Source: Eledone cirrhosa
Taxonomy: Eukaryota
Direction: 5' to 3'
Assembly (NCBI GenBank): GCA_964016885.1
Contig: OZ024750.1
Span: forward strand, 47,554,001-47,618,000
Length of the DNA: 64,000 nt
Shown in pieces: positions 1-20,242 of the stretch. The first letter of the stretch is position 1. Each line of letters begins with the position of its first letter. A program made the position numbers and the translations under genes. The notes below the pieces were generated by a model that was not told the origin of the DNA, searched no databases, and was given only the letters and a program-made list of their open reading frames with translations.

Positions 1-638
1 ATAGATAGTAGAGAAATCTGTATAAATATGCAGACAAAATCAAACTCTAATTGGAGAGGATAGAATATATAATACAGGTCAAAACGATGAATTAGTTTTA
101 TAAATCGATACGTAATAAATTAGAGTATTTGAGTCAAATTATGTTGTGCATGCATGACAAATTGCCAAATTTAATTTGCTTCAAAATTCTAAAATTGATT
201 GACCTCAATTTAATTATGTCTATGTCATTTTATAGTTTCTCTTGTTATGTTTATATTTTATTCAAATAGATTCTAAGAAATATTCTCAGAAAAAAATTAT
301 TTCTGGAAATAAGATACTATTTCTTTATCTCAATTATATAATTGACATAATAAATCATAGGTTACAAGAGATATATGTAAGTAGTAATAATTTACTAATG
401 TATATATATATATATATATATATATAAAGATCAACCGTTTCAACAAATCAATATCATACTACTTACTTTAAACCACTGCATCTCTGCCTGGTTATCTGGT
501 TATATGTATAGCAAATCTAATGAGACAACCAAACTTCACTGACGGACACTTAACCCATCTTTACTCTCATTGCATTTAAATCTATGCAACTTCCCACTAT
601 GTGTTATGCTATCAGTCTCCGCAGATAATTACACATGT

Positions 639-641
<3 letters not shown>

Positions 642-709
<68 letters not shown>

Positions 710-710
710 G

Positions 711-778
<68 letters not shown>

Positions 779-969
779 TATATATATATATAGACATATA
801 TATATATATAGACATATATATATATAGACATATATATAGAGACATATATATATATAGACATATATATATATAGACATATATATATATACACATATATATA
901 TATAGACATATATATATATACGGACATATATATATATACGGACATATATATATATATATATATATATAT
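642..969. repeat. (TA)n microsatellite with TAGACA/TATGTA variant units
   Basis: Dinucleotide array seen directly; it generates the YIYI ORFs. Confidence 0.95.
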
Positions 970-972
970 TTT

Positions 973-1395
973 TTATTCAAAATGTTGATAAATGAAAATA
1001 TTCTCATAATCAAAATATATAATTTATTATACATATTTCAAAGGTACAATGGTGTTTAAGTACGTTTTCATCGGACAAAATATGAGATGTAATATGTGAC
1101 ATACCACTTTTCATTATTAAATTCCAGTATTGGCAGATACAGGAATTGAATAATCAAAACCGTAGTGGTATAGCACATATCAAATCTTATATTTTGTCTG
1201 ATGAAAACGTACTTAAACACCATTGTACCTTTGACATATGTATAATAAAATGTATATTTTGATTATGAGAATATCTTTCATTTATTAACATTTTGAATAA
1301 TATTAAATACTCCGGGAAAATTTGTTGTCGAGTCTTTCTAATCTATTGTAAAATTGTATTCTTTGATTAATCAACGAACCATATTAATCTTTGAT

Positions 1396-1397
<2 letters not shown>
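973..1397 (+). mobile_element. Fold-back PLE pseudo-LTR cassette (palindrome 973-1300, tail 1301-1397) between (TA)n tracts
   Basis: 973-1130 is the imperfect reverse complement of 1137-1300; a hammerhead lies in each arm; flanked by TA repeats. Confidence 0.85.
1189..1253 (+). ncRNA. Type I hammerhead ribozyme (GAAA mutated to GACA); mirror copy at 1019-1083 (-) has CCGATGA
   Basis: Stem I ATATTTTGT/ATAAAATGT; CTGATGA at 1198; stem II AAACGTAC/GTACCTTT; GA(C)A; near-palindromic ATATGTAT; UA site. Confidence 0.8.
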
Positions 1398-1444
<47 letters not shown>

Positions 1445-1528
1445 CAAGATTTAGCGAGAATCCTATTTCGGCGGGCAGGAAAGGCGAAGGGAAACGCAAA
1501 AATCAGAAATGATATATATATATATAAA

Positions 1529-1586
<58 letters not shown>

Positions 1587-1722
1587 AAAGTTTTATTTAA
1601 AATTGTTGGGTTATATATATGCCAAAGTTTTATTTAAAATTGTTGACTACCGTAACAACTTTTTAAATGGAAGTTGTAAATTCTAAGGTATGTCAAATTT
1701 ATTTATAAAACTGTCTATATAT

Positions 1723-1790
1723 TGTATTTTGTCTGAAGAGGGCATACCATATTTTTATTATGATATCCCTGAAATATATATAATGAAATG
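1723..1790 (+). ncRNA. Hammerhead ribozyme in a solo pLTR fragment (same family as 57594-58915)
   Basis: TATTTTGT-CTGAAGA-GGGCATACCATA..TATGATATCCCT-GAAA-TATATAT-A-ATGAAATG; downstream ATGGTTTTATAAATGTAGTTTCC is shared with 58790. Confidence 0.7.
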
Positions 1791-1970
1791 AACATGGTTT
1801 TATAAATGTAGTTTCCATTTGTTTAATATCGTATATATATATATATATATATATATATTGGTAAACGGAAAAGAAAATGGTGACAAATTGTTCACAGTGA
1901 AAAATAGTTTAATTAGGAATAAGTGAGAATTAGTAATAGTATTAGTTAGTATTAAGTTTTGGTTAAACAT

Positions 1971-2027
<57 letters not shown>

Positions 2028-2044
2028 TTTTTTTTATTTTATAG

Positions 2045-2178
2045 AAGGAACTTCTACAGGACTAGTACTGTTTCATTCAGATGAAATCTTCAGGAAGATT
2101 TCATCTGAATGAAACAGTACTAGTCCTGTAGAAGTTCCTTACATACTGTGGTTATCCCCGACTCAACCCGGGACCTAC

Positions 2179-2180
<2 letters not shown>
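2045..2180 (+). mobile_element. 96-bp palindrome (axis 2092|2093, inside the hammerhead core) plus tail
   Basis: Arms perfectly complementary except the central a/g; (T)GAAGA-TTTCATCTGAAT-GAAAC-AGTACTA-GTC; tail homologous to 32760-32805 (-) and 29810-29850. Confidence 0.88.
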
Positions 2181-2216
<36 letters not shown>

Positions 2217-2218
2217 TC

Positions 2219-2258
<40 letters not shown>

Positions 2259-2268
2259 ATATATGTAT

Positions 2269-2352
<84 letters not shown>

Positions 2353-2409
2353 ATATATATATGTATGTTTATATATATATATATGTATGTTTATATATAT
2401 ATATATATA

Positions 2410-2479
2410 TAGGAACCAGTAAGACCCCGACAGCTGAGGTGCGTTATGGTCCACCTGGTTCCTTACCACATTTCCTTCG

Positions 2480-2481
<2 letters not shown>
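2410..2481 (+). mobile_element. Collapsed fold-back cassette of the 53101-53311 family
   Basis: ATAGGA..GTAAGACCCCGACAGCTGAG matches 53180-53209; GTGCGTTATGG..CCTTCG is the reverse complement of 53104-53144. Confidence 0.7.
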
Positions 2482-2521
<40 letters not shown>

Positions 2522-2604
2522 GATGAGGTTACATTTTATTTGTTGTGATTCAACAAGATTAAACACTATCAAGCGAATTTCAACCGTTGAGGTTGTCTTT
2601 TTTC

Positions 2605-2735
2605 AGGGTATGTCAATATTTATTGATAAAACTAATGTGTGTTTTATATAATGAAAGCGCACCATAATTTACCTTGACATATATATAATAAAATAATTAT
2701 GGTTGTATAAATATAGTTTACATTTATTAATATAT
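2605..2735 (+). mobile_element. Degenerate pLTR fragment (58680-58826 family), hammerhead decayed
   Basis: AGGGTATGTCAATATTTA...GAAAGCGCACCATAATTTA...TATGGTTGTATAAATATAGTT resembles 58683-58812. Confidence 0.6.
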
Positions 2736-2736
2736 A

Positions 2737-2774
<38 letters not shown>

Positions 2775-3076
2775 TCTAAAGAGCAAAAGGCACGACTGTA
2801 CATATTCTGTCAGTGTTGTAATGTTGCTAAAACACACATCTATTATACATAATGTATGCTATGTAAATTTAAATATATAGTTACATAAGTAGCAACATGA
2901 TAAACACTATTCCGTATTTATATAGATTGCTTATATAAACAGAAAAGCTATGCAAATTTACAATTTCACACTGCATTGCTTTGTCATCTAGAAACGCCTT
3001 TAGTTATAAATGTTTAGTGAGAAATAGTCTACAGAAACTTGTTAAAGCAGGTCCTCTCGTTAAAATAGTTGATACA

Positions 3077-3265
3077 ATAATTGTTTCTACTTTAGGCACA
3101 AGGCCAGTAATTACCCAGTGCATTACTGGTACTTTTATTTTATCGACCCCGTAAGGATGAAATGCAAAGTCAACCTCGGCGGGATGTGAACTCAGATCGT
3201 AAAGGGACGTAACTATGCTGGAAAGCATGGCGTCCGACCCTCTACCGATACTGCCAATCCACCGC
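3077..3265 (-). mobile_element. tRNA-derived SINE (family A)
   Basis: A box TGGCAGTATCGG, B-box-like GAGTTCACATCC, body CTTTGCATTTCATCCTTACGGGGTCGATAAAAT; multi-copy in window. Confidence 0.9.
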
Positions 3266-4538
3266 AACAATGGAACTTAGTTTGATTGAAGAATATACTG
3301 ACATGTTAGCAAATAAGTATTTGTATGTACTACATTTTATAGGAGAGGCATATATGTGATAACTGCCTTTTAATGTCAACCTAAATGTTTCTACCCACTT
3401 TATGAAGGCTGTCGAAAAAATACGAATAACTCATTGGACCAAGGAGATTGTTTCGCTTAGTTTTTTCCAACGCAGGTACTGTCTGCATGACGCAACTGCA
3501 CGAAGGAGGTGAGATTCGAACATAAAACGAGAGTAGATACTGTACAACATCATAGCCACTTGTTTTAACAATTTTCTTATCCATAACCATTAGACTAGCG
3601 CTTCATTTATTTACCCTGAGAGGAGGAAATCTAGATTTGATCTCGGCCAGGATCGAAGAATTCCCAACTGTGTTTTAATATATAACATATCAGGAAAAAG
3701 TGTCGGTCTCTTTCATCCCGTTGTTCAAACATACATAATACAAATGAGTGTATCATTATCTACGTAGACGTCTACTTTATTAACACGTGAATAAGCATGA
3801 ATGAAACAAAAGAAGAAAACCATTTAAAAAAAAACAACAGAACTAGTATTGTTATATATCTAAAATGAATAATATCTATTATGACATGTCGACAGGACAC
3901 ATTACTACTGGTGAATATATTTGCGAAGAAATATATTGAAGAGCACAAGAATAAACTCGAAAACTATTCTAAAAATAGAAATGGATGAATGTATGTTAGT
4001 TATTCAGTACATAGAACAATGATGGACGCATGAAGCGTCAGCTTTAATCTATTCTATCGAAACAGTAGATTCGTTCACCGCCATATTATCACAAACATGA
4101 ATGTCCTTTTAAGACATTTTAGCGATAATATCGTCTTATTTCGCAAGAATAGTTTTATGAGAATTCTATAAACCAATGAAGTCGTTGTTGCTATTATATA
4201 AGTCCATAGTTAATATAGTTCAATTGTTTTTGAAATTGAATCAGGATTGTATAATTTATTTGAGAACATTAGTGTATAAATACAGTTTATGCCATATCAT
4301 ATGATTCTAGCATAGATAATACTACACATTACATTTAGAAGAAGGTATCATATAAAATCCACATTAGTGTTTCATAAACAATTAGTTTATCAATGTATGA
4401 AGAGGAAGTCAGCGGGAGAATGAATCAGAAGATTAACGGAAATATGACATTTTCTGTGAGTCCTCTATTGATTTAAACGATATTTTTGGAACATATTCCA
4501 CGTAGATAGAGGACTTACAGCCACCAATTCTTATCGCG

Positions 4539-4845
<307 letters not shown>

Positions 4846-4885
4846 AAAAAGGACGATTGATTATTCCTTCATTGCATTTATTGAT

Positions 4886-4972
4886 AGGTGACGCGCGTTT
4901 CGCCACTGAGGAGTTCAAGGTTCGATCTATATCGATCCGACCCGACTCAATAATCGGCAACTCGACGGACCC
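4886..4972 (-). ncRNA. Degenerate hammerhead with long stem II
   Basis: Minus strand GGGT-CCGTCGA-GTTGCCGA...TCAGTGGC-GAAA-CGCGCG-TC-ACCT; palindromic stem III ACGCGCGT and GUC site; core decayed. Confidence 0.55.
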
Positions 4973-5009
4973 TCTTAAAATGCTATAAGAAAAAAAAATA
5001 TATATATAA

Positions 5010-6187
5010 TATTAAGGATACTAATTATGGTTATGTATATATTAAAACCTTTTATAGTTATATATATTTTATACCCTAAATAGTGAAAGACAGTAATGGT
5101 TTACTACCTTATTACCAGTAAGATAAATAGCTCAATGTAATAACATCAGTTGTTCTACAGAGCAGTTATATAGAAATTACATGAATTAAAGTTCTGTTTA
5201 AACCATTTATTCGCTTACAATTGTTTCTTCCAAACCGAGGTCTGGGGTCTTCGGAGCAATTTTTCAATGATTGTTTACATACTTGACCTCTTTTCCAACA
5301 CAAGAGACATACAGAAATATATGTATATATTGATGCACAGTGGGTTGACATCCATTATAATATTTAAGCATGGCAATTTACATTCAAAGATTAAAGTCAT
5401 ATTAAAAGAAAACAAAATTGAAGTTAAAATACAACATTGGCAGTATACGAAGAAAATGCAAGAGGATAGTTAGAAGTAGTTATTGTATGCAATAGTTACA
5501 CGTGGGGCATGCATGTGTGTCTTATTTATATCAGATTATAGTGCCGCAGGGTGTTATATGTAATATAAGCATTTTAAGCGGGCAATCAATAGTATTATGG
5601 GGGTTGTATTGGTAAAGTATTTTTTTAATATGTATGATATAGAAGCTTGTATGCAGAGAAATATTTAAAATATTAAAATTGAGAAGCAAAACAATGTTAT
5701 GGTTTTCGTATACACCACCATTTTCACAATCCAGAAAACGTAATATATAGATTATATGTCCTTCACATAATCTACGATGATTCAATATTGGATGCTTGGA
5801 TTAAAGAACAACAAGCTGTAATATTCTAACATAATTCATCAAGCATCCAATATTGAATCATCGTAGATTATTTGAAGGACATATAATCTATATATTACGT
5901 TTCCTGGATTGTGAAAATGGTGGTGTATACGAAAACCATAACATAGTTTTGGTTCTCATTTTTAATGTTTAATATTATGATGGATGTCAACCCACTGTAA
6001 ATATTATAATGGATGTCAACCCACTGTGCATCAATATATACATATGTTTCTGTATTATCTTGTGTTGGAAAGGAGGTCAAGTATGTACACAATCATTGTA
6101 AAGTTGGTCCGAAGACTTCAGACCTCGGGTTGGAAGAAACAATTGTAAGCGAATAAATGGTTTAAATAGAACTTTGATTCATGTAAT

Positions 6188-6191
<4 letters not shown>
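5010..6191 (-). mobile_element. Large fold-back pLTR cassette: arms 5172-5798 and 5840-6191 (right arm lacks about 295 bp), tail about 5010-5171
   Basis: 5172-5366 is the reverse complement of 5998-6191; 5662-5798 of 5840-5976; hammerheads at 5212-5258 (-) and 6104-6152 (+). Confidence 0.85.
5212..5258 (-). ncRNA. Hammerhead with CCGAAGA core (mirror at 6104-6152 +)
   Basis: TGCT-CCGAAGA-CCCCAGACC TC GGTTTGGAA-GAAA-CAATTG-TA-AGCG; stem III ACAATTGT is palindromic. Confidence 0.65.
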
Positions 6192-7972
<1,781 letters not shown>

Positions 7973-8043
7973 ATATATATATATGTATATATATGTATAT
8001 ATATTTATATATGTATATATATTTATATATGTATATATATTTA

Positions 8044-12854
<4,811 letters not shown>

Positions 12855-13419
12855 GTGGTTAATAGGAAGAGAGAGACCCATGAAAATTTTGAGACCGGTA
12901 TAAGAATTGTGAATATTCAGCCGTTTAGTGCAATTATATGAAAAGCATAAATTCTAGTAGTATCTTGCTTGGCACACCGTTAAATGATTTGAAGAAGATA
13001 GCAATTCGTTCAAGCGACCATTCTGTATGAAGTAGCACGATGAAAGTTATAATTATGTTATACTATATTAATTTCTGCCCGAAACTGAGACTAAATATTT
13101 AACATAAATGATTTCCTTTGAAGAAGTCACCTATGAACATAATATTCATTTGTTTAGCCATTTATTTCCCTTGTTATATCTAGATTTATATCGTGTATAA
13201 TGTTTACATTGTCGGATATATTAGATTAGTGTAACTTAATTATTCTGTATAAATATTTTGTAGTATATTTGATGACACTGAACTGTAACGATGGAGTAAT
13301 AATATTAATTTAAAAGAACATCACAAAGAAATATAAAACTCTAATATTTTGGAGAATGAAATCCTTCATAGAATCTTTCTGATAAGAAGAGAGTATATAA
13401 ATTGGGATTAATTATAGAA

Positions 13420-13608
13420 ATAATTGTTTCTACTTTAGGCATAGGGCTAGCAATTGCCCAGTGCATTACTGGTACTTTATTTTATCGACCCCGTAAGGAT
13501 GAAAGGCAAAGTCAACCTCGGCGGGATTTGAACTCAGATCGTAAAGGGACGTAACTATGCTGGAAAGCATGGCGTCCGACTCTCTACCGATACTGCCAAT
13601 TCACCGCC
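13420..13608 (-). mobile_element. SINE family A with 17-bp TSD
   Basis: TTAATTATAGAAATAAT at 13408-13424 and 13610-13626; A and B boxes present. Confidence 0.92.
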
Positions 13609-13854
13609 CTTAATTATAGAAATAATGGGAGAGTATAATAATGCTGGAGGTACCAACAATCCATCATTTACAGATAAAAAACTAGTGAATAATGTGGGGT
13701 ATGTCAAGATATTATGGTTGATGATTAATGAATCGTGTGAAATTGAGGAGAGGAATCATAAGCCTATATGAAACAGACTACTGTATTTTGGGCTGAGAAA
13801 TCAGTTGAGAGAGAAAAGAACTGGTGAGAGTATATATTACGTATATATATATAT

Positions 13855-14181
13855 ATTAGAAAGTGAGATTTCTTTTACAAAATGAAAATAATACGAGATG
13901 TCCTACACAAGTGAAAATATAACGAAAAAAGATGAAATAGAAAATGCAACTGGAGTCTTTTTTTTTTAAATATATATTTATTTGGTTCCTTTACCGGTTT
14001 CGCATTCCTTGTGATTTTCAAAAGTAGAATTGATATGGAGGGTTCTCGCAAGAAAAACCACAAACCCTACATCTCAATTCTACTTTTGAAAAGCTCAAGA
14101 ACTGCGAAACCAGTAAAGGAACAAAATAAATATATCTAAAAAAAAAAAGAAACCAGTTGTATTTTCGATTGAATCTTTTTT

Positions 14182-14188
<7 letters not shown>
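13855..14188 (-). mobile_element. Fold-back cassette of PLE family 1 pLTR (inverted repeat 13918-14188, tail 13855-13917)
   Basis: Homologous to 8228-8430 and 7765-7908; UUGAAAA hammerheads at 13988-14024 (-) and 14083-14119 (+); TA on both sides. Confidence 0.88.
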
Positions 14189-14254
<66 letters not shown>

Positions 14255-15221
14255 GTCAAAGAAATGACAGGCTAGGCTCTAGGATGGAAATTACAAATTA
14301 TAATTAGTATCACATTCATATGTCTGTTTGTATGTATCCTACTAGGACTGTCTACAGCTGTATAACGATGTGCACAGTTTTTGAAGGACCGTGACATGAG
14401 ACGTTAGTGTGTTCAGTTCTTGTTTGTGTGGTAGTAAGTTCGATCCAACATCTAGAATGTGACAAGGGATAGAAGCCTTCATAAGTACTGATATGGATTA
14501 TGTTATCGCCCAGAAAGAGAGAAATGCAGTGTGAACTTTGCTATTTTTGCACTCTGGAAAAAATACCAAACGCACTATTCATTCTGCCATACCCACTTGT
14601 AATTCATAGGTCACATATAATCGTTTCCATTTGCACAATATGTCTGCATCATAATGTCACATTATGTCTTTCGTTTTTATTATGTGGTCTTGTCTTCTTG
14701 ATGAAGCTGGGTTCAATATTATGCAGTATCACTCTTATACACGAAATTGCCCTTCAGGTTCCCTGTATCTTATTTTTTCGTGAGTAACTTTGTGTGTTTG
14801 TGTCTGTGTATGTGAGTGTATATGTGTGTATATGTGTGTGCATATGTGTATGTGTGTGTGTACGGGGATGTATGTGCGAGTGACTGAGTTCGTTCCAATA
14901 ATGTACCGTCCGAACAAGAGAGAGCTCGATAAATATCAGACTTGTACAAAATATATTAGAGTCGATATAATCGGTTAAATCATGGCGAAACTCCAGCATG
15001 GTCGCAGTCTAATAATTAAAACAAACAGAAGAAACGCATTGAAACAATATAGAAACCTTCCAGAATATGAAATATTTAATTCTAAGGTGAATTTATGTAA
15101 ACCATTCATACTTCACACTTCATTCAAGATGTGTTCTACATGTTGAGAAAGAAATCAATTTCATGGTGTATTGCTCTTTTTATTAATACTAACATAACAG
15201 TCTAGCGCCCAATTTTACTGT

Positions 15222-15305
<84 letters not shown>

Positions 15306-16996
15306 TCATGCACAGTATGTGTGTATATATAAATCTCCACGCGTGCTTTAAGTTTATTCTTATACATCTATATGTATATATATATATGTGCGTGTGTGTG
15401 TGTATGTGTGTGTGTATGTGTGCATGTGTGTGTGTGTGTTTGAGTATGGTCCTGTATTTATATATATATATATATATATATTGAACGAATGCTATATTTG
15501 GATTTTATATTTATCAGAAGCAATATTAGATCTTTCTAGAGCAATTTCCTCTCGTGTTTTTAGCAGCATCGCTTCCTATACAAATTCCTCACATCGTGTA
15601 ATTCCTCTTGCGTCTGTAGAAATTAATATATTTAACGTAATCATCGAAAAGGAAAAGGAAGTAACAGTTTTTGTGCAAATAAAGAAGTATTGTTGATGCG
15701 TGATGTTGGCACAAGTTATAATCAGACTGCTCGATAATATATGTGATAAGGGAAATATACTTTTCATGATAATGTACAAACGTAGAATGTAGTATAAATT
15801 TGATGTGAACAGGAATCCTGTCAAACAGGGTGGAAAACAGATCGTAAAAACTCCTACAGTCTTGCCCTGATAACATATAACAGCGACGACCAGGAAAGGT
15901 AGTAACGAAAGCTTTCTCCCTCATTTCTCACAGTTATAATCGTTAGGAATCTCCTTCCACGATTGTCATGTAATTGAAGCTATTTGGTGAAAGTAAAATG
16001 CAATCGGGGTAAATGAAACAGCGGGGTCTCAATACGCCTTGTTAGAAACAAAGCTTCGCTAGTGTTCAGTTGTCAGATTCGTTAGAGCTTTGAGCGAAAT
16101 AAACGGCATTGTTTGTTCGAGTTCTTTCCGTTAGGAGTTCAAATAAAGATTAGGTCAAAATACCGAATAAACAAGTGTGAATGCCTCGTTATATTGTGTT
16201 GACTGTTAAAGCGCAAATATTTATATGTTGATGTCGTATTGAACATGAAATAATATGTGCTTTCCCCTTCCTTTTTCGAAGAATCCATGAGAGAACACAA
16301 GAATAACATTTTGAAAGAAATCATGTCGCACTGAATTGCATCTTATTTTATTTGGATGGACAGGATACACACAGAGAGGCGAGGGGATAGATGGCTGCAG
16401 AGTTAAGGTGGAGTTGTGTTCCAGGACACGTAGGCCACCACTCGCTCTCGGATCATACTAGGTGCTGGTATACTGTGGATAATTTTTTTATGAATACGAC
16501 AGTGTCGTCGATTTGGACGTTGCATATCTCATCAACACCCTACTGGATGCAGGCATCGTATAGATCTTTGAGGACAATTGCATAGCGTTAGCATGAATTA
16601 CAATGGAATGTATGCAGAAGCTTGAGCATGGGGTAGCATGAGTACTCGGTTAGCATCAATCAGGATCGTTCTGCACTTATATATTTCGAGCTGGTAACGC
16701 CTGGAAATGTGGGCAGATTATGTGGTATGTGTGATGATTAACACACCACGTATAAAGATAGATACCTTCGGAGTTACTAGCACTTAGTAGCGTACAACTT
16801 TTATCTTACATACCTAAATATATATATTTCTTTCACACTCTCCCCATTTTCTCTATATATTTATATTTCTTTCTTGATCTAACAATCAATCTAAAATACA
16901 GCGTATGCGTTGTCAATGGCTACTGACTCCTTAAATATACATATTCCTTAAACTACAAACTGTCTTATGCATATGTATATGAATATATGAAGTTTA

Positions 16997-17183
16997 AGGA
17001 GGATTGGCAGTATCGGTAGAGAGTCGGACACCATGCTTTGAAGCATAGAGTTATGTTCCTTTATGATCTGAGTTCAAATCCTGCCGAGGTTAACTTTGCC
17101 TTTCATCCTTACGGGGTCGATAAAATAAAGTACCAGTAATGTACTGGCTAATTGCTGGCCTTGTGCCTAAACTAGAAACAATT
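16997..17183 (+). mobile_element. SINE family A with 13-bp TSD
   Basis: AATATATGAAGTT at 16982-16994 and 17184-17196. Confidence 0.9.
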
Positions 17184-17750
17184 AATATATGAAGTTATGC
17201 ACATACACACTCAAATACATGATTTATGTATCAATAAGTGTTGTTATTTATGAGTAAGTATATATCCCAGAAGTCAATGACGTCATACCTCTATTCAAAT
17301 AAATTAACACATATAAAGGTAACAGGAGGACTTCTAGAAGACTGCATTTGTACACAATTTTACTTCACAAGCATTATAATATACGCATGTTAATATATAC
17401 ATGTTCTTCTCTGTGTGTGACTGTATGTGAACGTATTAGTAAATACTTGCCTGCCTACATTGCTAGTGTTAGCTTCTTAATGTAATTATATTAAGCGGAT
17501 GTCATATTGTTCTAAGATGCTCAATTCCGGGGGGAGAGGCGGGTTCCGAAATATAATTATAACAATGATTACCTTCAGCACACGTATCTTAAGAAAAGAT
17601 TCAGAGGAAACTGTTGGACAAAACGGGACACGCTTCAATGAATATAACGTTGGAGAAAATAGGATACGCATGAATGAATATTGGGTTGGGAAACAGTCAG
17701 TATTACAATCATTATGTACGTGATACAAGCAATACGCTGGTCGGGCAATC

Positions 17751-17844
<94 letters not shown>

Positions 17845-18089
17845 GCATGAGTTTGTGTTTGGATGTATACTTACCAACACGAAATCCCACGCATAAATAC
17901 GAATCTGGTATTTACAGGCACCCCCCTATGATATTTGTACGAACATATGCATGATACTACATCAGCATCACACATGTCTGCATGCTACAACCGTTTTTAA
18001 AAGGATATATACACACACACCCACACACACATACATACACACACATATATATATATATATACATAAATATATATATATACATATATATA

Positions 18090-18216
<127 letters not shown>

Positions 18217-18246
18217 GTGTGTTTTAATCTTCATATCATGTCTTCC

Positions 18247-18317
18247 TATTTTATCTGATGAAAACACAAACATTATTGTATGATGATATTTGATTTTGAA
18301 ATGCGCATAATAAAATA
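18247..18317 (+). ncRNA. Canonical-core type I hammerhead in a solo fragment between (TA)n tracts
   Basis: Perfect 8-bp stem I TATTTTAT/ATAAAATA; CTGATGA; long stem II; GAAA; palindrome ATGCGCAT; AUA site. Confidence 0.85.
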
Positions 18318-18441
18318 CATGGAACTCTTTTAACCATCTTTTGTTGTTATATATTATGTATACTCCAGTCCTACAAACTGTAGAGTGCTTCTTATCCGAT
18401 ATCTGCATTGCTTTATTGTACTACAATAAATCTCACCTCCT

Positions 18442-18506
<65 letters not shown>

Positions 18507-18703
18507 CATACATATACAAATATATATATATGTACACATATATATATACACATATGCATATATGTGGGGTGAGTCAATGTGTATGTGATGTACATAAATA
18601 TAATGTATTAGCTCTTTCATTTAAGCGTTAAACTAACAACATCCATCGTCTGCGCTGTTCATCTTTTTTTCAGTGCGTTTTAAATTGCGTTGACCTTGAA
18701 CAC

Positions 18704-18801
<98 letters not shown>

Positions 18802-19309
18802 TATACATATATATATATATACATATATAGATATATATAAAGAGCGAGGAAGTGAATAAAAGATAGAGAAAGCCAGTGAAAGTTAGTGAGGCAGAGTAAT
18901 TGATATACAAAAAGAAGATAACGTGGGCACATGTAAGTGTTTATCGCATTAAATATACCAAGATGGAAACATGTCTTAACACGACGTTCCCGTCTCTTCC
19001 GTTTGTTTCGCAATCTCTGATATACGGTTGCAATTATATTTCACAGAGACCTTACATCAGGCAGAGATTTAAGAGATTTCATATGTACAGAGATATAATT
19101 TCGTGAAATACAAAGCAGCCTCTATGTTTCTCTTATTTAGTATATCTTCTGAATAATTCAATGTAATAGGGGAGTAAAATAGTGTTGCTATTCAGCCATA
19201 TTTTTCTTTAATGTACATTGTACAAAACTACGTAACATGGTAGCAAGATAGATAAATACATCCGAGATAATTATTTTTGTTTGATATGAATATATTCAAG
19301 ATAAGAATA

Positions 19310-19410
19310 AAGTGGCTGATAAATTGTATGGAAGTATATATATAGTTCGATTCATGGACCAGGCGATGCGTTATCTCCTTGAGCAAGACACTTTATTTCA
19401 CGTTGCTCCT
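19310..19410 (+). mobile_element. SINE family B fragment
   Basis: CCTTGAGCAAGACACTTTATTTCACGTTGCTCC is the reverse complement of 50698-50730. Confidence 0.6.
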
Positions 19411-19534
19411 TCTACCTGGAGTTGCGACCGATAGATAGTATTAGCGATTGGAAAGACCAACGGAAACATTGTTCCCTCGGTCCGATTTGACGAAAGTCGA
19501 TCGTTCCTATATATATATATATATTATTATTATT

Positions 19535-19810
19535 ATTATTATAAACGTAAGCTTTCCCCGTATTTTGACTAAAGGAATTAAATAAATTATTTAGCCTGGT
19601 AGTGGCGTTAAGAACCCTCGGAGAAATGGAAAAAGATGAATATTGACTCCCATGTACGACAATACTCTTCTTTTTCCATTTCTCCGAGGGTTCTTAACCC
19701 CACTATCAGGCTAAATAATTTCTTTAATTTCTTTAGTCAAAATACGGCGAAAGCTTACATTTATAATAATTTCAAACCCGCTCGCTGTTTCGAAAATATT
19801 CTTACTTGAT
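19535..19810 (+). mobile_element. Fold-back cassette (inverted repeat 19535-19770, tail to about 19810)
   Basis: Complementary arms of about 110 bp; TA/TTA repeats on both sides; no hammerhead seen. Confidence 0.8.
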
Positions 19811-19815
19811 ATATG

Positions 19816-19879
<64 letters not shown>

Positions 19880-19882
<3 letters not shown>

Positions 19883-20071
19883 CGTTTCTGAATTTGTTTA
19901 GCAAGATTCTTTATCTGAAATCGTGTGTTGAAACCGATATTGTTATACTGTTATACCAACCAACCAGATATTTATAGATTTATAAATTTATTATAAATTT
20001 ATTATAATAAATTGAAATGAAAGCATGGTGCGTGTGTTTCTTATTGGCAACATGACCCTTCCCCAAAGTAT

Positions 20072-20079
<8 letters not shown>
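19880..20079. repeat. Dispersed repeat between (TA)n tracts, with an internal inverted segment; second copy at 45137-45506
   Basis: TTTCGTTTCTGAATTTGTTTAGCAAGATTC and CTTATTGGCAACATGACCCT both recur, inverted, at 45137-45506. Confidence 0.75.
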
Positions 20080-20102
<23 letters not shown>

Positions 20103-20242
20103 GCAAAGGAATGAAGAATAATATGGTCGGCTACATAATGGGGTTTATATATATATATATATATATACTAAAAGGGAAGGAAAGAGAGATTGAGAGGAGA
20201 TTCATAAATAGATACCTCAATGTATATAATATATATGAATGC

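Noticed and set aside
15480-16720. Candidate second receptor exon or retroelement remnant
   Set aside because: No iGluR N-terminal domain or RT motif was recognised in the frames I could read.
17493-17568. Possible hammerhead (ATTGT..TCTAAGA...GAAA TATAATTATA ACAAT)
   Set aside because: The core is too degenerate and stem II is unconvincing.
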